A stretch of 64,000 nt of DNA from Octopus sinensis. Its lineage: Eukaryota. Location of the stretch: assembly GCF_006345805.1 (NCBI RefSeq), contig NC_042997.1, positions 83,514,001-83,578,000 of the forward strand, given 5' to 3'. Shown here one piece after another: positions 1-12,184 of the stretch (position 1 is its first letter; every line of letters begins with the position of its first letter). Both the position numbers and the translations under genes were made by a program. The notes below the pieces were generated by a model. It worked only from the letters and a program-made list of their open reading frames with translations. It was not told where the DNA came from and searched no databases.

Positions 1-83
1 GTTTCCACTTCATTTATAAAACCAAGTTTTTCAAGAATAATAAAATACCATTTAAATATAATGAGGCTTCATCAGATTGACAT
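1..83 (-). ncRNA. Degenerate long-stem-II hammerhead motif, truncated by the window edge
   Basis: Minus strand has CUGAUGA at 75-69 and GAAAC at 5-1. The inverted partial copy at about 101-150 supplies the expected GAAA-CAGCUG-UA-ACUUGAG 3' half. Confidence 0.4.
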
Positions 84-254
84 ATCTTCTTAAATATATT
101 TCATAAAAAACTTGGTTTTATTAATGAAGTGGAAACAGCTGTAACTTGAGATATATCATTTGTTTGTATAAAATAATTAAATTGAATTGAATTTATCATT
201 TAATGATTAAATTATTTCATTTTCAATTTATTGTTTTGGTTTCCATTTCTAATT

Positions 255-1080
255 TATATATATACTATATATATATATAGATATATATATATAAGCATAT
301 ATATATATATATAATATATATATATATCTATATAACATATATATATATATATATATATATAGATATTATATATAAGCATATATATATATATATATATAAT
401 ATATATATAAGCATATATGTATATCTATATATAAGCTATATATATATATATATTATATATATAGATATATTATAGCATATAATTATATATATAGATATAT
501 ATAATAGCATATATATTATATATAGATATATATATATAAGCATATATATATATATAGATATATATATATAAGCATATATTATATATATAAGCATATATAT
601 AATATATACAGCATATATATATATATATATATATAATATAATCATTATATATATATATATATATATATTATAGCTATAATATATATATATATAAGCATAT
701 ATTTTATTATATATATAAGCATATATATATTATATATAGCATATATATATATATATATAATATATATATATATAAACATATATATATAACATATATATTG
801 TATATATATATATATAATATATATAACATATATATATATAACCATATATATATATATATATATATCTATATATATATAAACATATAAATATATATATATA
901 TATAAACATATTATATATAGATATATATATAAAAATATATATAATATATATAAAAAATAATATAATATAAATATATAAAAATATAAATATATAATATATA
1001 TAAACATAAAAAAATATACTATATTATATAATATTATATATATATATATAATATATATAATATATAAACATATATATATA
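255..1080. repeat. Long degenerate (TA)n microsatellite
   Basis: Direct reading; source of the spurious Y/I-rich ORFs. Confidence 0.95.
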
Positions 1081-1454
1081 TGTGTGTTTGTGTGTATGTA
1101 TTATTACTATATATTTGTGTGTATATATGTATATGCTTTTGTGCAGGCATATGTGTGTGTGTGTAAATTATAAAAAGTCAGGAGGTATGAGAGGTGAATA
1201 TATTTAAGTACTTAATGTCCATAGGATAATAAAAACAGCTGTCATCCTATGGACATCAAGTATTTAAATAAATATATACCTCCTGCTTTTAATGATCTAT
1301 AAACTTTGCATGAAGTAATTTCATATACTGGATCAACTGGATTTCAGTTGCATAGGATTCTCCATTATACTCCTCCATATTGGATTACTATGTGGTATGG
1401 TAGCCAGGTCAACTAAAGGAGCTTTCAGTGATTATCACAAATATAAATATATAG

Positions 1455-1620
1455 GTGCAAGGTGTAGCTGTGAGGTAGGAAGCTTGCTTCCTAACCACAT
1501 GGTTCCAGGTTCAGTCCCACAGAGGAGCATCTTGGGCAAGTGCCTTCTACTATAGCCTCAGGCCAACCAAAGCCTTGTGAGTGGATTTGGTAGAAAGACA
1601 CCGAAAGAAGCCTGACATAT
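1455..1620 (+). repeat. tRNA-derived SINE (third family, ggtgtggctgtgtggtaagaag head)
   Basis: Recurs at about 8990, 11993, 20005 and 50805 (+) and about 17330, 27010, 38650, 53000, 53480 and 62715 (-), usually abutting (TA)n/(TG)n. Confidence 0.85.
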
Positions 1621-1667
1621 ATATATATATGCATAGATACATATGTATATGTACATACTTACATCTA

Positions 1668-1708
<41 letters not shown>

Positions 1709-1928
1709 GTATAGATATATGTACATATATGTATGTATATATTCATATATACATATATATATTATTTCTATTATTTTATGATTGAATGCCATGCATTGTC
1801 TTCCAAGTAAGTTTTATCTATATATATATATATTGTTGTTTGGGGAGAGTCATTCTCTTTTAGTCCCTTATTATTTAACACACACACCAGCTCAGTTTCC
1901 ACTCATTTATTTATTTATTATTTTTTTC

Positions 1929-1965
1929 CTAAAATTTTCGTTGCTTCTTGCAACCTTTTCAATAG
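1929..1965 (-). ncRNA. Hammerhead-like motif, U3:A8 core variant (second family)
   Basis: CUA-UUGAAAA-G-GUUGC/AAGAA/GCAAC-GAAA-AU-UU-UAG: perfect 5-bp stem II, but stem I is only 3 bp. Confidence 0.45.
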
Positions 1966-2398
1966 CCATTGACTCTGTCCATTATCCAAACTGTGTCAAT
2001 GACTATTGAAAAGGTTGCAATGAAGATTTTAGAAAAAAAAGTATATGAGCGGAAACTGAACTAGTGAGTTTGTTAAATAATAAGGCACTAAAAGAGAATG
2101 ATTATCCCCAGACATAACAAAATATGTTTCAACACATGAACTCACGTAAAGAATCTTGCAAACCAAATCCCCAAATGAAATATATAGGTATATATACCTA
2201 TGTGTGCACATCTTTGTGTCTGTGTTTGTTCCCCCCTACTGATTGACAGCTGATGTTAGTTAATGTGCTTATATCCCTGTAACTTAGCGGTTCAGTAAAA
2301 GAGCTTTGATAGAATAAGTATAAAAAGAAAAGGACTGGGGTTGATTTATTTGACTAAAATTTCATGGCCACAGTCTAATGACTGAAACTAGTAAAAGC

Positions 2399-2438
<40 letters not shown>

Positions 2439-2621
2439 CAGGATGTCCATATATTTATCTTTACAACTCCCATACTTTTAAATTTCATATTATAAATAAA
2501 TTTTATGGACACCATATATATATTTAACAGACAAGAAATTGAATTTTGAATGCAGTACACTCATGGAAACAGCAGAAAGATTGGGTATTTTGGGGTTTCT
2601 GATGTTTCATTGCTGTACTGT

Positions 2622-2721
2622 NNNNNNNNNNNNNNNNNNNNNNNNNNNNNNNNNNNNNNNNNNNNNNNNNNNNNNNNNNNNNNNNNNNNNNNNNNNNNNN
2701 NNNNNNNNNNNNNNNNNNNNN
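2622..2721. other. Assembly gap (100 N)
   Basis: Exactly 100 N, a common placeholder for a gap of unknown size. Confidence 0.99.
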
Positions 2722-3053
2722 TATGAATAATAGAACAGAGTGAAATAAGGAGTCCCACCATGCATTTTTGAAGGGTAATAAGGGCATAGGTGATGTAAAA
2801 TTTTTATACTAGAAGTAATGAAAGCTAGCTTGCAGCTTTGTAATCATGGTGAGTTTAAGTTGCAATATAACTTCCTCCTCATTGTACATTGTACAGGTAC
2901 ATGCATACACATATATACACACAAACACACACATGAACTCAAATACTCATGTGTTCATATATATATGTACATATATATATATATATACACACATACATAC
3001 ACATGTATATACATATATACAGATTCATACCTATATATATGTGTGTGTGTGTG

Positions 3054-3388
3054 AAGGCGCTTGGCTTAGTGGTTAGAGCATAGAGGTTACGATCGTAAGG
3101 TTGTATGTTCGATTCCTGGACTGGGCTGTGTGTTGTATTCTTGAGCAAGACACTTTATTTCATGTTGCTCCAGCTAACTCAGATGTAGAAATGAGTTGCG
3201 ACATCATTGGTGCCAAGCTGTATCAGCCTTTCCTTTCCCTTGGATAACATCAGTGGCATGAAGGGGGAGTATGCATGAGTATGCATGAGTGACTGCCAGC
3301 TTTCCACAAACAATCTTGCCCTGAATTGTGCTTCGGAGGGTAACTTTCTAGGGGCAATCCCATGGTCATAATGACCAAAGGGGGTCTC
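3054..3388 (+). repeat. tRNA-derived SINE of about 330 bp (second family)
   Basis: Head ggcttagtggttagagc...gttcgattcctgg. Near full-length copies also at 20507-20855 and 47029-47362. Confidence 0.85.
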
Positions 3389-3431
<43 letters not shown>

Positions 3432-4056
3432 TGTCTATCTATCTATCTATATATTATATATATATATTTATTAATGTATGTATACCCATATATAATTCAT
3501 TTTGGCTGATCTTGTTGCCTGTTACTCTGGAGTTTCTTGATTTGCAGTGAGTTCATCAGGAACCAAATATGCATTGAACTAAACTCTAGATTAGCAATCT
3601 ACTTGATCAGCTAAAATACTCTTCTATGGCATTATTACTTTCCTCTCCCATTCACTAAAACTAATATATATTTGGAACAGGAGATCTCAAAGCACACATA
3701 GAACTATAAAAAAACAGCATGAAAGTACTTGCTTGAAAACCATTTTGGATTAAAAACTCAAAGGTTACTCGTCAACAACATATGATTCTCACTGTCATGT
3801 TTACAGGAGATGTGGGTTCAAGTTTCATGGTTGGCATTCAACTTTTTCTTTCCAAAAAAGGATTTTCCTCTCAATATTTACATTCTGTATGGTTTATGTA
3901 TGCTTCAAGAGTCACTATTCCAAAAAAATAATTATTTCATGTTCTCTTGAAAATTTACAAATTTTTTATGATGTCACTAATGTGTGTGTGTGAGTGTGTG
4001 TGATAAATTCAGAAAAATACTGTGATATTTTTAGTTGTAGCAAAGTAATAATTAGT

Positions 4057-4105
4057 TCAATGATCAGGTTTAATTAGATGAACAAACTCAGGATCCTGAT
4101 CCCAC
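4057..4105 (-). CDS. TMEM135: Candidate alternative last exon of TMEM135: (K)WDQDPEFVHLIKPDH-stop
   Basis: ttatttcAG acceptor at 4106-4107 in the same phase as the main last exon. Peptide paralogous to FWPNYNPAFTNLIKPDH, with the LIKPDH codons differing only synonymously. No transcript evidence. Confidence 0.4.
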
Positions 4106-4214
4106 CTGAAATAATTAGGGAATAATTATTTTCTTTTTCCCACAACAAAACATTTTTTATAGAAATATCTTGAAAATCTAGAATATTCATTGACATCTGT
4201 TGACAATTGGTTAA

Positions 4215-4344
4215 TTAATGAGCTAAATGGTCAGGCTTTATTAAATTGGTAAAGGCAGGATTATAATTTGGCCAGAAATCGGGAAGTAATTCAGAAGCCT
4301 TAGTTTGAAAAGCATTTAATATTTGTCTGTTGATTTCTCCAAGC
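4215..4344 (-). CDS. TMEM135: TMEM135 last coding exon: LGEINRQILNAFQTKASELLPDFWPNYNPAFTNLIKPDHLAH-stop
   Basis: Acceptor ggtttttttcAG, phase 2 fits the upstream exon, TAA at 4215-4217. Aligns with [31 protein letters not shown]. Confidence 0.92.
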
Positions 4345-6151
4345 CTGAAAAAAACCAAAAAAACAATGATGACGTTAAAGAATAGAAAAAATTTAGAGGA
4401 GTTAGTTTTTAAAAAGGCTTTGACAATCAGAGTAGAGTTCTAACCAGCTGGTAGTTAAAAACCCTACATAGAACGGGGAGAGATGTGACAACATAACACT
4501 GGTACTCAGTTGGTTATGATGGAGAGGGCCCCAGTTTGTCTGATCAAAGAGTCAGCCTGCTCATAAAATTCATGTGCAAGTGCCTGAACACTCAACAGAT
4601 ACAGGTACCCTTAATGTAGTTTTTAGTGAGATTTAGAGTGACACAAAATGTGACAATTCTGGCCCACTGAATTACAGGTACTAAAAATTTTGCCAGCTGG
4701 GTGGACTGGAGGAACACGAAATAAAGTGTCTTGCTTAAGGACACAACGTGCTACTGTGAATTGAACTCATGACCTTATTATCATGAGCCAAAAACCCTAA
4801 CCACTAAGCCAAGTGACTACACTATTTACAATTAGTTAAATGTATAGCAGAATTTGACAGGTGTTGTTTTGCCTGATATCATTTTTTAATTGAGAAAACT
4901 TATGATCAAAGTCATGCCAGCCGTGACCATATGGTCATTTTTCTAATGAGCAGGCAATCCATGATCATTAAATTATACAATGTGCCGTTTGTTTTTAAGA
5001 AGTACATCAAAGTACACAAAACGCACTTAGTCTAGGAATGAGAAACTAGGTAGTGGGGTAGAGTCTGGCAGATGAGAGTAGTACTGCCTGGTCTGCTACA
5101 TTGCAACCAAACAATACATGATAGCTGGTGTTACTGTTCAGCAAGAGAACTTCAACACGATTGTTTGACTTACAGGAAATAGCAGCTCAAATATCCCTTG
5201 CTATATTAAGTAAAGGATATACTGGATAATGGTTTCTAAAATATGAAAAAAGATAGGATAGTCACAACTGGAATGTCCTCCATCATAGCTATTTTCATTT
5301 CCCAATGTGCTGTGATAGGGAGAGTTCACATCATTCTCATTTCACTCATTTTAAATATGAGTTATTAATCTCCTAAATGGGCTACCTTTCCTATGATTTG
5401 TAGAGTTCACCTCTGTTCTGTGTATTCAGGGCATCTTTTTCAGATACAGTTTGTTTCAAAGTACCAAACTTCCCAGATGTCTTGTCCTTCACTATAACTG
5501 AGAAATATCATTTCTCTATTTCTTCATGATGTTAGGAGAGATTTTAGCTATTAATGAAATTCAGTAGTAATATAAGGCTACCGAAAGTAAAGGATATATC
5601 AGAGGTTGTAAGAAAAGCTTAGCTGATGGGAGTATAACTGCATTGTAACTTGGGTGGAAAAGGTTGCCTTCACAACGTTTATATGCTTGAAATGTAATTT
5701 AAAGCAATCAAACTAAAGTTGTTACTGCTACATATACAGGGGAAAAGAGAATATGGAATTAGCCTGGAGTATGAAAAAACTTTTTGCTTATGTGAGGTAC
5801 TTTGATACCAGAGAAGCTTATGATTAATAATGGATGAGCCTTGGGTGTCAAGACTGAAAAGATGGCACATATTGGGCAGAAGGTGTTCAGATGTATTTCA
5901 GACACTTATAATTACCATTCTAAATAAATATAACTTTCTAATTAACCAAGAAATTAAAAAAAAAACCCCACACTTTGTTTGGTATTATGTATTGACCCAA
6001 GTTAAACAATAATTTGAATGGCCACTCAATACATTTAAATAGAGTATTATATTTACTTTTACAAAGAAAACATTGACTGCAATTTTGAAGTTGCACTGAT
6101 TGCTGACATCATAAGTTTGATGAAGTCAACACATGCAAGATATCCAAATCA

Positions 6152-6187
<36 letters not shown>

Positions 6188-6498
6188 CAGTAAAATCGAT
6201 AAAAAATGTACAATGAACTTGGTATGGGGAGTTGAAAATACATCATCTTCATAAAATCCTTCTTCAGGGAAAAGTTGACTGGAGACAAATTAATGGGAGA
6301 CAGACAACAGCTAAGTTTCAAAAATAAATGGTTGAAACTGCTCTATCTTGTAGCATTTCTTGTTCACATATGAAGTTGTGGCCGACTTCATCAGACTTTT
6401 GATGCCAGCAGACAAGGCATAAACAATGGTCTTTACACATACCTTTGTTATTGCAAAATTCAAATTACAGCTGTTTCTAATACTCATTTTCCCCCTTG

Positions 6499-6555
<57 letters not shown>

Positions 6556-6711
6556 AACACACACATATACACGTGTGTGTGTGTGTGTTTGTGCACGTGC
6601 ATGTGTTTATGCATATATATATACATGATCACAAAGACAGGCATTAGTTTGCATCAGCAAAGCTTATATGTAGTAAAATCAATAAAAGTGAAATTGTCCT
6701 GCTGAGTGAAG

Positions 6712-6750
6712 AATCCAACATTTCGGATGGTGTCCTTCTTCAGTGGAAAA
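6712..6750 (-). ncRNA. Degenerate minimal hammerhead motif
   Basis: UCCA-CUGAAGA-A-GGA/CACCA/UCC-GAAA-UGU-UGGA; the stem III / cleavage region is corrupted. Confidence 0.3.
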
Positions 6751-7145
6751 GATGAAAGGAGAGAGAGAATAATGAGAGATAGCAGAATTTTAATCCTTTA
6801 TATTAGAAAAACTGGCTACAACTAACATGGAATACTGAAATATGTGAGCTTCAAATGTGGACAAGAAATGCTACAAGATAGAGCAGTTGCAGCCAGTTGT
6901 CTCCCTTTAATTCGTCTCTTGTAGACTTTTCCCTGAAGAAGGATTTTGTGATGTTGATGCATTTTCAACTTCCCATACCAAGTTCATTGTACATTTTTTA
7001 TTGATTTTGCTGTATGTGTGTGCACGTGTGTGTGTGAGTGCACGTCTGTATGTATACACACACACTTAGTATACTTACTCAATCAGGAGAAACGGAAAGG
7101 AACTTTTAAAAAATGAATAAATGAAAGGTAAACTACATTGCTTAC

Positions 7146-7213
7146 TTGTTGTTTGTGACTCGCAGCAAAAATTTCCAGTAGCTTGGACGGAGGTTATGGG
7201 GTTCAAAGATAGC
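7146..7213 (-). CDS. TMEM135: TMEM135 penultimate exon, 68 nt, phase 0-2: AIFEPHNLRPSYWKFLLRVTNN(K)
   Basis: Acceptor ctcatatacAG, donor GTaagc. Contains the LRPSYWKFLLR motif, identical to vertebrate TMEM135. Confidence 0.95.
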
Positions 7214-7389
7214 CTGTATATGAGAACAATAGTTAGATTAACATACTGAAAACAATATTTGATTTGCATACATACTTCTTCTAGGCTGAGAATTTTGTAG
7301 GTATATACTCACTCAGAAACACTATACCATACAATACGAAGCTATATACACATATATGTATACATTGCATAACCAGCCCCAGCCCATTC

Positions 7390-7800
7390 AAAAGTACCTT
7401 GGATCGTAGGGTGACCTGCTGTGCTTGGGGAGACCTATTGAGTCAAGTACATCAACGTCAAAATGAAAATCAAATGGAGATTGTAGTTGTGTTACCCATG
7501 CCAGTGGCACGTGAAAAATACCATCTGAAAGGGGCCGATACCCGCGCCGCCTTGACTGGTTTCTGTGCCGGTGGCACGTAAAAAGCACCAACTGATCGTG
7601 GACGTTGCCTCTGGCCCCTGTGCTGGTGGCACGTAAAAAAGCATCCACTACACTCATGGAGTGGTTGGTGTTAGGAAGGGTATCCAGCTGTAGAAACACT
7701 TCCAGATCAGACTGGAGCCTGGTGCAGCCTCCTGGCTTCCCAGACCCCAGTCGAACCGTCCAACCCATGCTAGCATGGAAAACGGACGTTAAACGATGAT
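7390..7800 (-). repeat. Interspersed repeat with (CAT)n end, probably RTE-associated
   Basis: gtttaacgtcc..ccatgctagcatgggttggacgg family; copies at 21946-22232 (+) and about 58050-58270 (+). Confidence 0.75.
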
Positions 7801-8479
7801 AATGATGATAGAGAGTGAGAGCCAACAGTTGACATCTGGCCTTGCTAGATGTCGCTGTTAAATAAAAACAGTAAAGGGACAAAACGCAAGTTATTGGTTA
7901 AAGGGCAATAACTATGATAAACAGCTGATAAAAAATGTGACTAAAAGAACCGTGAGATAAAAGTAAAAATAGTATTCTAAATAGAAAATGTAATAGGTTT
8001 ACAAAGATGCTGTAAAATATAGTGTACAAGATAATTTATACGGAAAATGAACAGAGAAAACATATTTATGAGTTACTTGACACCTAAATCTACAACAGTT
8101 ATTTATGAATGAAACACACGGGAAGTTAAGTATTCAGCTTCGTAGTTCAATTAATAAACAAAGAATTTCTTCGCCTTTCATACCATATTGGAAATTTAAA
8201 GAAAACTAACCATCTAGCATTTAAACCAGCCGTAATTGGCACCTCAAACCTAGCCGACAATGCCATTGTAAAAATAAACATCACTAAAATCCTGAAGGTA
8301 CGACATAATGTCAAATTAATTCAAAACAGTGTGAATACACATGTATTTCGTTTCTCAGAGTAATCTGAACGCTAAAGGGTTAAAATTATTATAAAATTAA
8401 AAATGCAGCTTGGAAGGTGTTTATAAGCCATTTATAAACACACAAAAACCGTTAGATTCACTCCAACATTTAAATTAAA

Positions 8480-8530
8480 TTTGTCAAAATATTTTCGTCG
8501 CTTTGAAACCGTGACCTGTTCACTGACAAA
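8480..8530 (-). ncRNA. Hammerhead-like motif, G3:C8 core variant
   Basis: UUUGUCA-GUGAACA-G-GUCAC/GGUUUCAAA/GCGAC-GAAA-AUAU-UU-UGACAAA: 7-bp stem I, palindromic AAAAUAUUUU, one mismatch in stem II. Confidence 0.5.
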
Positions 8531-10274
8531 ATTCCGTGCTAGGGAATACGAAGTGTTGAATTACTCGAAACAACTTAGCATTGAGTTGCTCTAACTATAT
8601 TTTATAATTTCATATCTTTTGTCTTTTATTTATTTCAGTCATTAGAGTGCGGCTATACTGGGGCACCACCTTGAAGGACTTTTAGTCGAATGTATCGACC
8701 CCACCAAGGCTTATTTTTAAAACCTGTTGAATTCTTTTGTCGAACCACTAAGTTAAGGACGGACACACACACACAAGATGGTAAAAACAGAATGATTGGG
8801 GAGACAGAGAGATGGGTGTCAGTAGAGGTAACGTGAGGGAGAGTGACTGGCAGAACAGAAAGGATGTAGGCAGAGCGTATTGGGTACAAGCAGCTCTGAA
8901 CCAGTAGCTTAAACATAAGTCCTATGGTGGGCGAAAGAAAAAGAGGAATGACTGATAGAGAAATAAGTGAGGAGATAAGTGGATGTATACATAACCACAA
9001 GGTTCCAGGTTCAATCCCACTGTGTATTTGCAAGTACCTTGTACTATAGCTTCGGGCCGACCAAAGCTTTGTGAGTGGATTTGGTTGACAGAAACTGAAA
9101 GAATCCTGTCGTACATGTGTGTGTGTGTGTACCTTTATGTCTGTGATTGTCCCCCACTATCACTTGACTACCAGTGTTGGTTTGTTTACGTCTCCCGAAA
9201 ACTAGCGGTTCGACAAAAAGAGACCGATAGAATAACTACCAGGCTTTAAAAAAAGTAGGGGTTCGATTCATGCGACTGAAAGTTCTTCAAAGCTGTGCCC
9301 CAGCATGGCCACAGTCTAATGACTGAAACAGATAAAAGATATGTATACACACACACAATAAAATTTTATATAGAGTTTGATTTTTTGTCAGCGTTGAATG
9401 TTCACCATCCCACCAGTTTGCCATCACCCCTTCCTTTCTTATTCATATGTTGTGACGGAATAAAACACAGAGTTATTATAGTAGACAGATGAGGAACATA
9501 GATGCATGCAATCTCTCTTCACTGTTGGGTGACTACATAATATTTTGTTGTAATAATTACTGCTCTATTTTTTGAAGTGTGCTTCTTTCGGATATGTTTT
9601 TTTTTAACTACATACATACACACACACACACACACATACGTAGTTTAAATTATAAAGTATGTATAATATAAAATAAAATTAGATTATATAGCATGAAAAT
9701 ACTGAAATAGTTTATAAAATGTTTACAAAAGCAATTATTAATCTTAAAAATAGAAGAAGACAAAAAGAAAATAGGAAAAGAAGAAGCAAAACTACAAAGA
9801 CTGAGAAAGAAGACGAAAAAAAGACTGACAGCGAAAATTTATATTTGACATTGTGTATCGTTGCTTACCAGCAGCTAGTATAGAAAGGGGGAGCAGAAAA
9901 CGTATCAAGAAAGACAGATTCATACATGAAATATTTTTGAAAGAAAAGGGCAGATTTGATTTAAAACAAGAAGGCTGAAAGGAAGATAAAAAATAAATAG
10001 AAACAGCGAGGCAATGTAATAAAGAAAAAGGTAGGGAGGAGAGAGGGAAATGGAAAGAAAGGCTTGGAATGGAAGATATTGCAAGAAATAGATGTTTCAG
10101 CAAAGGCTAAAAAGTTACGGATGTAAGGGAAATAACTCTAAATGGATACTAAATGAAATGGATTGCTTGGGTGATGTGTATAGAAGGGGAAGAATAAGTA
10201 AAGCGTTATATATCGGGAAACGAGTAGAATACTATAACGTAACAATCATTTGTTACAATATATATATACATACA

Positions 10275-10581
10275 CTAGCTGAGCCCGTGCCGTCAAGAAC
10301 GACGTCTAATTGTAGTATTTTATATAAAGATATGGATAGTAAATCAAATTAATACACTTGTCAATGTTCACATACATTAACATATTTCCCTTGTACACGC
10401 ACGCACGCACACACATACAAACACACAGAGTTGAAACACTGTTTGAGTTTTCTTTTCAGCGTTGAATGTTCACCATCCCACCAGTTTGCCATCACCCCTT
10501 CCTTCCTTATTCATCTATCACCCCTCCTTTCTCATTCATATGTTGTGATGGAGAAAACCACGAGAGTATTATTATAGTAGA
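10275..10581 (-). mobile_element. Short non-autonomous Helitron-like element
   Basis: CGTC-gttctt-GACG hairpin 12 nt before CTAG|T, 5' TC at 10581. The 5' part is repeated at about 9365-9487. Confidence 0.5.
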
Positions 10582-11145
10582 TGAGGAATATCTCACGTCG
10601 CTGTTGGTAAATACACATATGTGCTGTAAAAGGAATTTTGAATCTAACAATCTTGTTGAAAGAGAGTTCAAGAGTAGACTATATTCATCTTTGTTTTAGA
10701 TATTTAAGTTCAGTATGTTTCATATTTTACATGATTAAGTTTTAATACCTCATTACTTCATAATTTTTGTATTTGGTTTGCAAGATCCTTTATGTGAATT
10801 TGCGAAACATATTTTATTGTGCCTGGGGAGAGTCATTCTCTTTTAGTGCCATATTAATTTAACACTCTCACCGATCTGATTTCCGCTCATTTATTTGTTA
10901 TTTTTTACTAAAATTTTCAATGGGACTTGAAACTTTTTCAATAGTCGATGAAATGTAAATGAGTGGAAATGATTCCAGTGAGTGTGATAAATTAATAAGG
11001 CACTAAAAGAGAATGGCTCTCCCCAGACACAATAAAATATTATTTCATAATATACATTATTAATAAACACACACACACAGCAACTGGCTTGAATTCACAA
11101 GAACGTAAACTTAAAGAAAACTCATTAATTCATGCATGCACGCAT

Positions 11146-11184
<39 letters not shown>

Positions 11185-12148
11185 GTACTGTTCCATTATT
11201 TGTGGGATCCACAAAAATTACTCCATCCCACGAGAGATTAATATCATTTTAAACCTGAAAGATAGCTCGATGGTACACAGCACACTATACAAACTTGCCT
11301 GATTACTGTACTAACAGAGCATGAAACTTAAAGTAGCTCACATTTAAATCCTGCGTTAAATAAATTATATATATATATATATTAACCTAAGAATCCATCT
11401 CTAGCTAACAAGAGTAAAGTCATGGGTTTGATTCTTGGTCCAGATGGTGCAGTGTATCGTTGAGCAAGGCACTCCATATTATAATGCGTTTACATTATTA
11501 CTTAATACATAATACTATTATGTGTGTTTTAAATGGCTACCTTGACTTTGATATCATTTGGCATGGTTTCCACAGCTGAATGCCCTCCCTAACATCAACC
11601 ACACCAGGTGCTTTTACATGCCACCAGCACAGGTGCCATTTATAATACACTGACAATGATCACGAATATGATTCACCGGCAGTGACACCAACAATTCATG
11701 GGTGCTATATATTTAGTTTTTCTGAAATACAACGAGAACATTAAATCTATGATAAGAACATGGTTATTTTGAAATGCAGTCAATGGTAGTGATCAACATT
11801 TAAACATGAAATAAATACACAAAGATATATATATATAAACATGCATATAAATACATATTGAAAGTAATTGAAATTGAAACCATATAATAGTGAAAGTATT
11901 AATAGAGATGTTATTGTTTCACTTTTGACATGTAATACAGTGTAAGAGATATGTATATGAATATATGTATATTTATATATATACAAATAGGCACAGGTGT
12001 GGCTGTGTAGTAAGAAGCTTGCTTGCCAACCACATGGTTCCAGATTGAGTCCCTGAGCAAGTGTCTTCTGCTACAGCCTTGTGTTGACCAAAGCCATGTC
12101 AGTGAAATTAGTTGACAGAAACTGAACGAAGTATGTCCTATATATATA

Positions 12149-12184
<36 letters not shown>

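Noticed and set aside
436-1007. Y/I-rich ORFs here and at 24562-25368, 44493-45239 and 63236-63463
   Set aside because: They are translations of (TA)n, (TACA)n and (AAT)n microsatellites.
6311-6562. ORF with TIVYALSAG resembling the TMEM135 IIYSISTA motif
   Set aside because: The real exon was found at 12568-12666, and this segment lies in an inverted-repeat arm.
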